A stretch of DNA of 41,677 bases from IMG/VR virus record IMGVR_UViG_3300045988_036476, positions 1 through 41,677 of that record; one strand, written 5' to 3'. The translations under genes and the position numbers were made by a program. The DNA comes from a virus. Positions 6,303-15,187 of this stretch are shown piece by piece. Each line of letters opens with the position of its first letter. Position 1 is the stretch's first letter. The notes beneath the pieces are model-generated. The model had not been told where the DNA came from and did not search any database. It saw only the letters and a list, made by a program, of their open reading frames with translations.

Positions 6303-7581
6303 CGCAAAGCAAGCGAAAATCCTCGCCTTTCCCTATTCCAAGTATGACGCGCTGATCTGTGACGGCGCCGTGCGTTCCGGCAAGACCTCCATCATGATGT
6401 GGGCATTTGTCCGCTGGGCGATGGAGAATTTCAGCGGTCAGCGCTTCGGCGTGTGTGGTCGCACGGTGGATAGCTGCACCAAGAACATCATCGTGCCGTT
6501 CACAGCGATGAGCCTTGCGAAGGAACGCTATATCATTCGATGGCGGCGCGGCGACAAGGTGATGGAAGTCCGGCGTGGAGCCGTGACGAACTACTTTGAG
6601 GTATTCGGCGGCAAGGACGAGGCAAGTTATACGCTGATCCAAGGCCGCACGCTGGCGGGCGTTCTGCTGGACGAGGTAGTATTGATGCCGCGTTCGTTCG
6701 TGGAACAGGCGCTTGCTCGTTGCTCTGTGGACGGTGCAAAGCTGTGGTTCTCTTGCAACCCCGGAAGTCCGCATCACTGGTTCTATCAGGAGTGGATTAA
6801 GCGACACCGCGAACGGAACACGCTATATCTGCACTTCGAGATGACTGACAACCCCGGTTTGAGTGCAAGAACGCTCGAGCGCTACGCGAATATGTATGCC
6901 GGTATCTTCTACGACCGCTATGTGCGCGGCCTTTGGGTGGCGGCGGAGGGCGTTGTCTACAAGGCCTTTGCCAACAACACCGAAAAGTATTTGATTGACG
7001 ACCCTTTGAAATGGGCGGAAGAACAGGAAACGAAATTCTCTGTTATTTCCATTGGTGTTGACTTCGGCGGGACAAAGTCCGCGACAAAGTTTCAGGCGAC
7101 CGGGATCACAAAAGATTATCGTGTGGTCGCGCTGGAAGAAGAATATATTAAGAACGAAGAGGTTGACCCTGACGCATTGAATAGGCGCTTTGCTACGTTC
7201 TGCCAAATGGTTACGGCAAAGTACGGATACAGCCAGACGCGAGCAGATAGCGCGGAAACGGTGCTGATTCGCGGGTTAGATCATACCGCGCAGAAGATGC
7301 ACCTCGGAACGCAGGTCAAGAACGCAATGAAACTGCAAATCACGGATAGAATCAGACTTGTTGTGTTGCTGATGAAGCAGGGGAGATTCAAGGTTTCGCG
7401 AAATTGCCCGCATCTGATAGACGCACTGCAATCTGCAATTTATGATCCTGATAAGTTCGAGGACGAGCGCCTTGACGATGGAACATCTGATATTGACAGC
7501 CTTGACGCATTTGAGTACAGCATTGAGCCGTACTACAAGGAATTGGAGCGCGCAGGGCACATGAGGACGGTGAAACAGTGA
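6295..7581 (+). CDS. terL: Terminase large subunit (PBSX/Terminase_3-like)
   Basis: Walker A motif DGAVRSGKTS, plus LLDEV and a C-terminal nuclease-like region. AAGGAG RBS 10 nt before ATG 6295. The track start at 6286 is a TTG. Confidence 0.9.
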   Translation: MISAKQAKILAFPYSKYDALICDGAVRSGKTSIMMWAFVRWAMENFSGQRFGVCGRTVDSCTKNIIVPFTAMSLAKERYIIRWRRGDKVMEVRRGAVTNYFEVFGGKDEASYTLIQGRTLAGVLLDEVVLMPRSFVEQALARCSVDGAKLWFSCNPGSPHHWFYQEWIKRHRERNTLYLHFEMTDNPGLSARTLERYANMYAGIFYDRYVRGLWVAAEGVVYKAFANNTEKYLIDDPLKWAEEQETKFSVISIGVDFGGTKSATKFQATGITKDYRVVALEEEYIKNEEVDPDALNRRFATFCQMVTAKYGYSQTRADSAETVLIRGLDHTAQKMHLGTQVKNAMKLQITDRIRLVVLLMKQGRFKVSRNCPHLIDALQSAIYDPDKFEDERLDDGTSDIDSLDAFEYSIEPYYKELERAGHMRTVKQ

Positions 7582-8981
7582 ATATTCGCAGAGCACTTAA
7601 AGAATTGGGCTTTGACACGATCAATAGCAAGTTCTACGACCTGATCGATGTATGGAAATCATGGTATGACGGCGATGTAAAAGACTTCCACAGTTATACG
7701 GTGTGGAATGGCATCGAAGAACTGGAATGCCACAGATATTCCGTCAACATGGGCAAGAAAGTCTGCGAGGACTGGGCAAATCTGCTGATGAATGAGCGTG
7801 TGAATATCACGCTTGAGGGCAAGAAGGAGCAGGAATTTGTAGATGCGATTCTTGCTGATAATAATTGGGAAGTAAAATCCAATGAATTGCAGGAGCGGAA
7901 ATCCGCTGTTGGTACCGTCGCTTATGTTCCAATCATGGAGGATATGGGCGTTGACCCTGATACAGCAGAGATCGCTAACCCCGGAAGAATTCATATCAAC
8001 TATGTAACCGCTGCAAACATCTACCCGCTGACGTGGGACAATGGCATTATTCGTGAGTGCGCTTTCGCATGGACAAAACGAGTTGATGATACAGAATACA
8101 CCTACATTCAGGTGCATCGGCTGAGCGGCGGCGAATACGACATTGAAAACCACCTGTACGATGCGGAGGAAGTTCCATTAACCAGCGTGAGAGGATTTGA
8201 AGCAATTCCCCCTGTTGTCCACACAGGAAGCGCCAAGCCGCAGTTTGTCATCGACCGCCTGAACATTGCGAACTCTGATGAAGATAACCCTATGGGCGTT
8301 GCAGTGTTCGCTTCCGCCATCGACCAGCTCAAAAGCGTTGATATTACATACGATAGTTATGTGAATGAGTTTGTGCTGGGGAAAAAGCGTATCGTGGTAC
8401 AGCCGGAAGCAACCAAGGACATCAATGGTAGGCCAGTCTTTGATAAGCGCGAAACGGTTTACTACGTTCTACCGGAAGATCGCGCATCTGATGGAAACAT
8501 TTTGCAGCAGGTCGATATGACGCTGCGCACAGCAGAGTTTAACACCGGTATGCAAGATATGCTCAACGTATTGTCGAGTAAATGCGGCTTTGGCGAGAAT
8601 CATTACAAATTCGATCAGACAAGCATTGCCACGGCTACGCAGGTCATCAGCGAAAACAGCACTATGTTCCGCACAATCAAGAAGCATGAAATTCTGCTCG
8701 AGCAAGCAATCACGGAGCTGTGTCGCATCCTGCTTCGCTTGGGCAATCGCTACATGGACGCAGGACTTGATGAGAAAGTCGAAATTTCCATTGACTTTGA
8801 TGATAGCATCATCGAGGACAAGCAGACTGATTTCACCCGCGATATGCAGCTTTTGCAGGCGGGAATCATGAACGACTGGGAGTTCCGCATGAAGTGGATG
8901 AATGAAGACGAGGCGACCGCAAAGGCGGCGCTTCCAAAGATGCAGGAAATGACGACCGAGGAAGAAACGGAGGTAGAGTGA
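7578..8981 (+). CDS. Portal protein (SPP1 gp6-like)
   Basis: 467 aa directly after terL. GTG start overlaps the terL stop. Acidic C-terminus (EEETEVE). Confidence 0.85.
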   Translation: MNIRRALKELGFDTINSKFYDLIDVWKSWYDGDVKDFHSYTVWNGIEELECHRYSVNMGKKVCEDWANLLMNERVNITLEGKKEQEFVDAILADNNWEVKSNELQERKSAVGTVAYVPIMEDMGVDPDTAEIANPGRIHINYVTAANIYPLTWDNGIIRECAFAWTKRVDDTEYTYIQVHRLSGGEYDIENHLYDAEEVPLTSVRGFEAIPPVVHTGSAKPQFVIDRLNIANSDEDNPMGVAVFASAIDQLKSVDITYDSYVNEFVLGKKRIVVQPEATKDINGRPVFDKRETVYYVLPEDRASDGNILQQVDMTLRTAEFNTGMQDMLNVLSSKCGFGENHYKFDQTSIATATQVISENSTMFRTIKKHEILLEQAITELCRILLRLGNRYMDAGLDEKVEISIDFDDSIIEDKQTDFTRDMQLLQAGIMNDWEFRMKWMNEDEATAKAALPKMQEMTTEEETEVE

Positions 8982-9023
8982 TGGGATTTGGAGAAAATAA
9001 TGGGACTTTTGGGGTTGTGAAAG

Positions 9024-10193
9024 ATGAGCCGGTATCCGTTTACCCCGGAACTACTTGATGCGTTCCCAGAAGAACTGGCAGAGCTATACCGTGCTCTCGA
9101 AAACACGCTGCTTGATGAGATTTGCAGCCGATTGGTCTTCGCAGATCAGCTCAATGAAGTTACAGTGCAGGATATTCAAGCGCTGAGAATGCACGGCATT
9201 GACCTTAAAAGCATTGAAGAAGCGATTAGCAAAACAGCAGGGATTAGCAAACAAAAGCTAAATAGTTTGCTTAATGACGTTGTAGAGCGCAATCAGAAGT
9301 ATTACACCGAAGTCATCGACCTTGCGCATGTAACGCAGCCAGAAACGCTTGTAGACGAGGCTGCAGTGGATGCAATTAAGCGGCAGACCCATGATACATT
9401 CCGCAATTTAACGGCTTCTATGGGTTTCCTTGTGGGCAACACGATGTTAAAGCCCGCGCGCGCTTATCAGTGGGCTTTGGATAACGCAGAAATGCAGATC
9501 CAGAGCGGCGCGATCAACTATAATCAAGCCATCAAGACGGCAGTAAAGCAGCTTGCAGACGGCGGATTGAAGGTAGTTGACTATGAGAGCGGGCATCGAG
9601 ATCAAATTGATGTGGCGGTGCGCAGAGCAGTAATGACTGGCGTAAATCAAATTTGCGCTAAATATACGGAGCAGTCGGCGCAATATCTCGAAACTCCGTA
9701 TTTTGAAGTTTCCGCCCATGCTGGCGCGAGAGATAAGCCGGGGCCGTCACCGTGGTCAAGCCATAAGGATTGGCAAGGCAAGGTTTACAGTATTCGCGCA
9801 GATGACATTTACCCGAGCATCTACGAGGTGTGTGGTCTGGGGGCCGTGGATGGGCTGGAAGGAGCCAACTGCCGCCACCGACGCAATGTTTGGGTCGAGG
9901 GCGTAAGTGAGCGCACATATACAGATGAACAGCTTGCCCATATTGATGATGATCTCGGCTGCGAGTTTGACGGAAAGAAATACACTGCATACGAGGCGAC
10001 GCAGATGCAACGGCGCGTTGAGCGCCAGATTATCAAGCAGAAAAGGCTTGTAACAGCGTATAAGGCAAGTGAGCAAAAGGACGAATATTATGCCGCAAAA
10101 GCGAAACTGGCAAGACTGAACGCCAAATATAAGGCTTTTAGTGAAGCGGCGGGGTTGCCGCTGCAATGGGAAAGGACAAAGGTGCTGTATTGA
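9024..10193 (+). CDS. Minor head / head-morphogenesis protein (Mu F / SPP1 gp7-like)
   Basis: Position after the portal gene. Contains ...GARDKPGPSPWSSHKDWQGKVYS...GANCRHRR. Confidence 0.8.
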   Translation: MSRYPFTPELLDAFPEELAELYRALENTLLDEICSRLVFADQLNEVTVQDIQALRMHGIDLKSIEEAISKTAGISKQKLNSLLNDVVERNQKYYTEVIDLAHVTQPETLVDEAAVDAIKRQTHDTFRNLTASMGFLVGNTMLKPARAYQWALDNAEMQIQSGAINYNQAIKTAVKQLADGGLKVVDYESGHRDQIDVAVRRAVMTGVNQICAKYTEQSAQYLETPYFEVSAHAGARDKPGPSPWSSHKDWQGKVYSIRADDIYPSIYEVCGLGAVDGLEGANCRHRRNVWVEGVSERTYTDEQLAHIDDDLGCEFDGKKYTAYEATQMQRRVERQIIKQKRLVTAYKASEQKDEYYAAKAKLARLNAKYKAFSEAAGLPLQWERTKVLY

Positions 10194-10321
10194 ACTGGGA
10201 AGAAGTCAAAAAGGCAATCGATGCAATTTTGAAGCGCGGCAACGATGCTGAAATACGCCGAAAAGGCGACGGGTACATTGTCTTAGAAGTCAAGAAAACA
10301 ATCAAATACACTTCCGCGTAA
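10190..10321 (+). CDS. Possible small protein (43 aa, TTG start)
   Basis: TTG overlaps the previous stop. Translation: LNWEEVKKAIDAILKRGNDAEIRRKGDGYIVLEVKKTIKYTSA. No independent RBS. Confidence 0.35.
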   Translation: MNWEEVKKAIDAILKRGNDAEIRRKGDGYIVLEVKKTIKYTSA

Positions 10322-10328
10322 AGGAAAA

Positions 10329-10348
10329 CCGCCCCTTAACCGGGGCGG
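10329..10348. terminator. Hairpin CCGCCCC-ttaacc-GGGGCGG between convergent genes
   Basis: 7-bp GC stem. On the minus strand it is followed by TTTTCCTTT, which suits termination of the 10362-10727 gene. Confidence 0.65.
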
Positions 10349-10361
10349 CACATCGGGGAAT

Positions 10362-10727
10362 TTATTCTGTCGTCGAATCCACAAAGCTTTTGGCATATTC
10401 TTCAATCCTCGTCGGATGCAAATTGTCATCAATCAGTGCGACAGAAATGTTACTCGGCCTGTTTGACCAAAGCTGTAAAACCTCACGCCCCCAATCAACA
10501 ATCCAACGATTCAGTCGATCTTCTCTCATTACTGCTGTAACAGCGATGCAAATAGCAACCGGCACGCGTCCATGTTTCTTTAAGGTGTCATTAAAAGACC
10601 TAATGACATTAGGTGTGGATAAGTCTTTATTAGCCGCCTTAACGCGGGAAAGAAGTTCGAACTTTGCGTCTCGGCTTCCGTCTCCGTTTGCCTTTCGGAC
10701 TTCTTTAGCAAGTTCACGATCTATCAT
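10362..10727 (-). CDS. Reverse-oriented moron protein resembling DUF3849
   Basis: AAGGAA RBS before ATG 10727 (MIDRELAKEV...). C-terminal half ...RLNRWIVDWGREVL...ALIDDNLHPTRIEEYAKSF resembles DUF3849 as I recall it from conjugative elements. AT-rich relative to its flanks. Confidence 0.55.
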   Translation of the reverse strand: MIDRELAKEVRKANGDGSRDAKFELLSRVKAANKDLSTPNVIRSFNDTLKKHGRVPVAICIAVTAVMREDRLNRWIVDWGREVLQLWSNRPSNISVALIDDNLHPTRIEEYAKSFVDSTTE

Positions 10728-10784
10728 TATGTTTCCTTTCCGGCTTTTGCCTGTCACATTTGTTCCTTGTGAGTACATGATAAT

Positions 10785-10798
10785 ATAAGTTTACTTAT
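10785..10798. promoter_or_regulatory. Operator-like palindrome ATAAGTTTACTTAT
   Basis: One of two ATAAGTnnACTTAT palindromes in the divergent intergenic region 10728-10907. Confidence 0.55.
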
Positions 10799-10851
10799 AT
10801 TTCAAGATGGGATATTCAACAATAAATTGCAGATTGGATTGTTGAAAGTGT

Positions 10852-10865
10852 ATAAGTTGACTTAT
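10852..10865. promoter_or_regulatory. Operator-like palindrome ATAAGTTGACTTAT (contains TTGACT)
   Basis: Second copy, 67 bp from the first. It overlaps a -35-like TTGACT. Confidence 0.55.
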
Positions 10866-10907
10866 TGCAAGGAATGTGATACCATGTTGCAAAAGGAGGT
10901 TTGCAGT

Positions 10908-11084
10908 ATGGCAACAGAGGCGCAGATAAGGGCAAGCACGAAGTACAACCGAAAACAGGACACCATAACGGTGAGGATGGATAAAGAAATTGGCAAAAAA
11001 ATACGCGATGCCGCAGAACGGCAAGGCGTAAGTGTGAAAGAGTTTATTCTTGCGGCGGTAATGCCGCACATCAACGATAAGTAA
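10908..11084 (+). CDS. Ribbon-helix-helix (CopG/Arc-like) small DNA-binding protein (58 aa)
   Basis: AAAGGAGG RBS before ATG 10908. ITVRMDKEIGKKIRDAAERQGVSVKEFILAAV fits a beta-strand plus two-helix RHH pattern. Confidence 0.6.
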   Translation: MATEAQIRASTKYNRKQDTITVRMDKEIGKKIRDAAERQGVSVKEFILAAVMPHINDK

Positions 11085-11125
11085 ATAACATCTTCCGCGC
11101 AATAGGGCGCGGAAAAGGGCAATAG

Positions 11126-11169
11126 GAGCCAGCTATCGAGGTTTTCTCGGTGGTTGGCTCTTTTGTTTT
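11126..11169 (+). terminator. Rho-independent terminator after the RHH gene
   Basis: GAGCCA...TGGCTC stem with an inner CGAG-gtttt-CTCG hairpin, followed by TTTTGTTTT. Confidence 0.65.
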
Positions 11170-11251
11170 AGGTAAAACCCGCGAGGTACAGCGGTTTTAT
11201 ACAACGTTCGCCCCCGAAGAATTGGGGCCAAGGAAAAGGAGAACGAACAAC

Positions 11252-11857
11252 ATGGCGAAATTTACGAGAGCGGAAATCAGAAATATTCTCGGCGAGGCTT
11301 GCACCGAAGAGATCGAAAATCGCTTGGTTGCGCTGCATCTGGGCGTGGTCGACCCCCTCAAGGACGATCTCACAAAGTACAAGGCGGACGCGGAGAAGCT
11401 GCCCAGCGTTCAGAAGCAGTTGGATGACCTCAAGGCAGCGGGTGACGGCGGTTATAAAGAGAAGTACGAGAAGGAACACTCGGCCTTTGAAGCCTTTAAG
11501 ACCGACATCACGGCAAAGGAAAGCAAGGCGGCGAAGGAAAAGGCCGTGCGCGCTTACTTTGAGAGCAAAAACATCACCGGCGCGAATTTGGACCTTGCCA
11601 TGCGTGGCTGCGGCGAAGAAATGGCCGCATTGGAGCTGGACGGAGAAAAGATCAAGGACACCAAGTCTCTTGATGCGCTCGTAGACGGCACTTACAAGGG
11701 GCTTGTCTCCAAGCAGACCGTTCGCTTCGACACTGGCGCGCGCTTTAACGGCGGAGGGAAACCGATGACAAAGGACGAGATCATGCAAATCACTGACAGA
11801 GCAGAGCGGCGCGCTGCAATCGCCGCAAATATGGATTTGTTTAGAAAGGAAGAATAA
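11252..11857 (+). CDS. Scaffolding protein
   Basis: AAAGGAG RBS before ATG 11252. Charged helical protein immediately upstream of the capsid gene. The track start at 11150 lies inside the terminator. Confidence 0.75.
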   Translation: MAKFTRAEIRNILGEACTEEIENRLVALHLGVVDPLKDDLTKYKADAEKLPSVQKQLDDLKAAGDGGYKEKYEKEHSAFEAFKTDITAKESKAAKEKAVRAYFESKNITGANLDLAMRGCGEEMAALELDGEKIKDTKSLDALVDGTYKGLVSKQTVRFDTGARFNGGGKPMTKDEIMQITDRAERRAAIAANMDLFRKEE

Positions 11858-11859
11858 AA

Positions 11860-12732
11860 ATGGCTGCTGATCCTAAACTCATTAAGAAAGCTGACCTCGC
11901 GCGTGTGCGCGAAATTGAATTTACCGAAATGTTCGGCTATTCCATCAAAAAGCTGATGGAGGCCTTGGGTGTGACCCGCAAGATCGCAAAGCAGGCTGGC
12001 ACCGTGCTCAAGAGCTACAAGGCTACCGGTACGCTGGAAGATGGTGCCGTGGCGGAAGGTGAAACCATTCCCCTGAGCAAGTACAAGACTGAGGCTGTGA
12101 ACTATCAGGAGATCACGCTTAAGAAGTGGCGTAAGGCTACCTCTGCCGAGGCAATCACAGACCGCGGCTACGATCAGGCGGTGGAAATGACCACCGACGA
12201 AATGCTCAAGGACGTGCAGAAGGGCATCCGTAAGGACTTCTTTACGTTCCTCGCCACCGGCACGGGGACGGCAACGGGCGCGACCTTCCAGGCGGCTCTT
12301 GCGCAGGCATGGGGGCAGCTCCAGGTGCTGTTCGAGGACGACGAGATCGGTGCGGTGTATTTTCTGAACCCGCTGGACGTTGCTGACTACCTCGCAAGCG
12401 CAAACATTACCTTGCAGACCGCGTTCGGCATGACTTACGTTGAGAACTTCCTCGGCCTTGGCACCGTGATTCTCAATTCCAGCGTTCCCAAGGGCAAGAT
12501 TTACGCCACCGCCAAGGACAACATTGTCCTGTACTACATTCCTGTGAACGGCGCTGATCTTGGCGAGGTGTTCGATTTCACCTCCGACGCCACCGGCTAT
12601 ATCGGTATCCATGAGGAGCCCGATTACACCAACATGACCGCATCTGACACCGTTATCAACGGCATGGTTCTTTTCGCTGAGCGTATCGACGGCGTGGTGG
12701 TCGGCTCTATCACTCCGGCGGTGGGGGGCTAA
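11860..12732 (+). CDS. Major capsid protein
   Basis: 290 aa directly after the scaffold gene. Composition typical of HK97-fold capsid proteins. Confidence 0.85.
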   Translation: MAADPKLIKKADLARVREIEFTEMFGYSIKKLMEALGVTRKIAKQAGTVLKSYKATGTLEDGAVAEGETIPLSKYKTEAVNYQEITLKKWRKATSAEAITDRGYDQAVEMTTDEMLKDVQKGIRKDFFTFLATGTGTATGATFQAALAQAWGQLQVLFEDDEIGAVYFLNPLDVADYLASANITLQTAFGMTYVENFLGLGTVILNSSVPKGKIYATAKDNIVLYYIPVNGADLGEVFDFTSDATGYIGIHEEPDYTNMTASDTVINGMVLFAERIDGVVVGSITPAVGG

Positions 12733-12779
12733 CTGAACTGCTGAATGAGCCTGACCCTGACACCCCGGCTTTCTCCGAC

Positions 12780-12887
12780 ATGACAAAAGCTGAAATGCTT
12801 GCGTATGCCGATGAAAACGGGGTGGAAGGGGTCAGCAGTTCAATGAAAAAGGCTGAAATTCTCGCAGTTTTGGAAGGAGGGCACTGA
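12780..12887 (+). CDS. Small Rho-N/SAP-like (HeH) domain protein; possibly a frameshift extension of the capsid protein
   Basis: Translation: MTKAEMLAYADENGVEGVSSSMKKAEILAVLEGGH. The frame is open back to 12720, there is no RBS before ATG 12780, and the stop overlaps the next ATG. Confidence 0.5.
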   Translation: MTKAEMLAYADENGVEGVSSSMKKAEILAVLEGGH

Positions 12888-13324
12888 TGACTTACGCAGA
12901 CTTTGAATACTACTCCGGCACCTATATGGGCGCTGTGAGTGAAAATGACTTCCCGCGTCTTGTTGTCCGCGCCAGCTCCTTCCTCGATTACTACACGCGC
13001 AACAAAGCCAAAGACCACGCCAATCTGGACGCGGTGAAGATGTGCTGCTGTGCGCTTGTTGACAAGTATGCAGTCATTGAATCAGCGCAGGCGCTTGCCA
13101 TGAAGAACCTTGCCAGCGCTGCGGCAAATGACTCGGAAGTCAAAAGCGAAACGGTAGGCAGCTATTCCAGGACGCTTGCGACTGGCGGCGAATCCGCGCT
13201 GTCTGCACTTAATGCGACGGACGGTGCGAAGAAACTGCTTGCGGAAACGTGCATGGAATACCTTGCCCATACCGGGCTGCTGTATCGCGGAGGTGGTTGT
13301 AGATGTACGCTCTCCACACTGTAA
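12887..13324 (+). CDS. Head-tail connector (gp6-like) protein
   Basis: MTYADFEYYSGTYMG...FPRLVVRASSFLDYYT... is typical of connector/DNA-packaging proteins. Position after the capsid gene. Confidence 0.65.
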   Translation: MTYADFEYYSGTYMGAVSENDFPRLVVRASSFLDYYTRNKAKDHANLDAVKMCCCALVDKYAVIESAQALAMKNLASAAANDSEVKSETVGSYSRTLATGGESALSALNATDGAKKLLAETCMEYLAHTGLLYRGGGCRCTLSTL

Positions 13325-13752
13325 CAATTTACAACATTGTGCAGGAGATCGACCAGACAACGCTTGATGAGGTCGAAAAGGTCTATACCACAATCCTGCG
13401 TGGCGTGATGTTGCAAGCGTCGAAGGGCGTGAACGTGCGCGAGAGCGGGCTTGAAAGTGCGGACGCTGTGAATCTGGATATCCCGTTCGCCGTAGAAGCG
13501 GTGGACGGGGTAACAGGTAAACCGAAAACTTACATCGGCCCGCAATCGTTTTTCAAATCGACGGACAAATCCGACCTGTGGACGCTCTCATACAAAGGAA
13601 ACGGTGGCATGACGTGCTTTGTGAAGGGTGAATTCGTTTCGGACGACATGACCGTCGTACTGAGCCATGACGATTGCTACAACGTGACCAAGGTTGACGC
13701 TATGGACTACGGTAGCCCCGATATGCAGCACTGGGAAGTCGGAGGTGCGTAA
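13303..13752 (+). CDS. Neck / head-closure protein (position-based)
   Basis: GGAGGTGG RBS. Gene order supports the call. Confidence 0.55.
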   Translation: MYALHTVTIYNIVQEIDQTTLDEVEKVYTTILRGVMLQASKGVNVRESGLESADAVNLDIPFAVEAVDGVTGKPKTYIGPQSFFKSTDKSDLWTLSYKGNGGMTCFVKGEFVSDDMTVVLSHDDCYNVTKVDAMDYGSPDMQHWEVGGA

Positions 13753-14180
13753 TGGGCATCAAGTTTTCCGTGCATACCGTGCATACCGATGGAATGGACG
13801 TTGTAAGGGCTGCCATTGCAAAGGCTTGTACGCGCGCTGAGCACGTTTTAGCCGAGCAGATGGAGAAAGACACTCAGCCCTTTGTGCCGATGCTCACAGG
13901 CTCGTTAACGCAGCGTACGAGGGTAGTTGGCAACGACATCATCTACCCCGGCCCTTATGCGAGGTTCCTGTATTACGGGAAAGTCATGGTTGACCCAAAT
14001 ACCGGCAGCACATATGCGCCGAAAGGCGGTACAAAGGTCGTGACTGACCGCAATTTAGTATTCAACCACACAGCGCACCCACAAGCACAAGCCCATTGGT
14101 GCGAAGCATCGAAAGCACAGAACCTTGATAAATGGTTGCGAGTAGCAGAAAAGGCGGTGAAGAAGCACGGAACAGATTAA
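13752..14180 (+). CDS. HK97 gp10-like neck / tail-completion protein
   Basis: Contains ...DTQPFVPMLTGSLTQ...IIYPGPYARFLYYGK... Confidence 0.65.
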   Translation: MGIKFSVHTVHTDGMDVVRAAIAKACTRAEHVLAEQMEKDTQPFVPMLTGSLTQRTRVVGNDIIYPGPYARFLYYGKVMVDPNTGSTYAPKGGTKVVTDRNLVFNHTAHPQAQAHWCEASKAQNLDKWLRVAEKAVKKHGTD

Positions 14181-14265
14181 AAAGACGGTATCGGCAGCGG
14201 AAGAGGATCAAGTCTCCAGAAAACTGCTTGCGTGGTTAAACACATTTCCTGACAAGCCGGTTGAT

Positions 14266-14622
14266 TTGATTCGGTTCGAATTTCTTCCCGCCGATACTGC
14301 GGCGATGGCGCTGTCTACGATTCAAGCGGCATACATCGTACAGAAATATATCCTCGGTGGATATCAGGCGGAATACCAATTCAAGGTCATCTACCGCATG
14401 AAACCGGGGAACAGCAACGACAAACGGCTCAAAGCTGACGAGCTGCTTAACGCCTTGGGCGATTGGGCAACAAGCGAAACGCCACCTGACATTGGAGATG
14501 GTCGGAGCGTCATCCGTATTGAGCCGACAACGCGATCCTCTCTTTTTGCCGTGTATGAAAACGGTGATGAGGATCACCAAATCCTTATGAAAATGAACTA
14601 CGAGGTGATTAAAAATGGCTGA
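14266..14622 (+). CDS. Neck/tail protein (tail-terminator position); true start probably upstream
   Basis: The frame is open from 14161 and encodes a protein-like N-terminal segment (IKKTVSAAEEDQVSRKLLAWLNTFPDKPVD) with no ATG or GTG. The first canonical start is TTG 14266. Confidence 0.6.
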   Translation: MIRFEFLPADTAAMALSTIQAAYIVQKYILGGYQAEYQFKVIYRMKPGNSNDKRLKADELLNALGDWATSETPPDIGDGRSVIRIEPTTRSSLFAVYENGDEDHQILMKMNYEVIKNG

Positions 14623-15139
14623 TACGACATTTAACACTCCAGCGGGGCAGGCCCCTGACAGAGAAAGTTTAGTCGCATTTCTAAATGTTGCGTCATCTTC
14701 TGGCACTCCGGAGTGGTCTCCGTTGGGCGAAGGCGTTACTGATTCCAGTATGGAATACGACTGGCAGAAAGATTCTTCGAAGGATATTCGAGGTGTGACG
14801 AGAACGACGGTGAGAAAGCCTATCATTACTGAAGACTTTGATACGTCTCGGCTTGATTCTGGCAGCAAGGCTATCAGTAAGCTTTGGAATTTGGCCGTCA
14901 AAGAGCAAAACCCGGCGGCTCTGGCGAATCAGGATATGCTTGTTGTTCATGCCTATGCTGGCACGGAAAAAACGGCAGCATTTGCAGAACGCTATTCGTC
15001 CTGCACGGTTCTTCCTACGCGCGTCGGCGGCGAAGGTGGCGGTGCTGTCGACATGGATATTTCCGTGACGTTCGGCGGTACGCGCACGATTGGCACTGCC
15101 GCTATTGATGGCGACACTGTTACGTTTACCGCAGATTAA
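14615..15139 (+). CDS. Major tail protein
   Basis: 174 aa with a GAGGTG RBS. Located between the neck genes and the chaperone pair. Confidence 0.75.
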   Translation: MADTTFNTPAGQAPDRESLVAFLNVASSSGTPEWSPLGEGVTDSSMEYDWQKDSSKDIRGVTRTTVRKPIITEDFDTSRLDSGSKAISKLWNLAVKEQNPAALANQDMLVVHAYAGTEKTAAFAERYSSCTVLPTRVGGEGGGAVDMDISVTFGGTRTIGTAAIDGDTVTFTAD

Positions 15140-15148
15140 CAACTCATA

Positions 15149-15178
15149 GAGGGCTGGCATCTGTCAGCCCTCATTTTG
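15149..15178 (+). terminator. Hairpin GAGGGCTG-gcatctgt-CAGCCCTC followed by ATTTT, after the major tail gene
   Basis: 8-bp perfect stem followed by a T-rich tract. Attenuators are common at this position. Confidence 0.6.
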
Positions 15179-15187
15179 GAGGAACGT

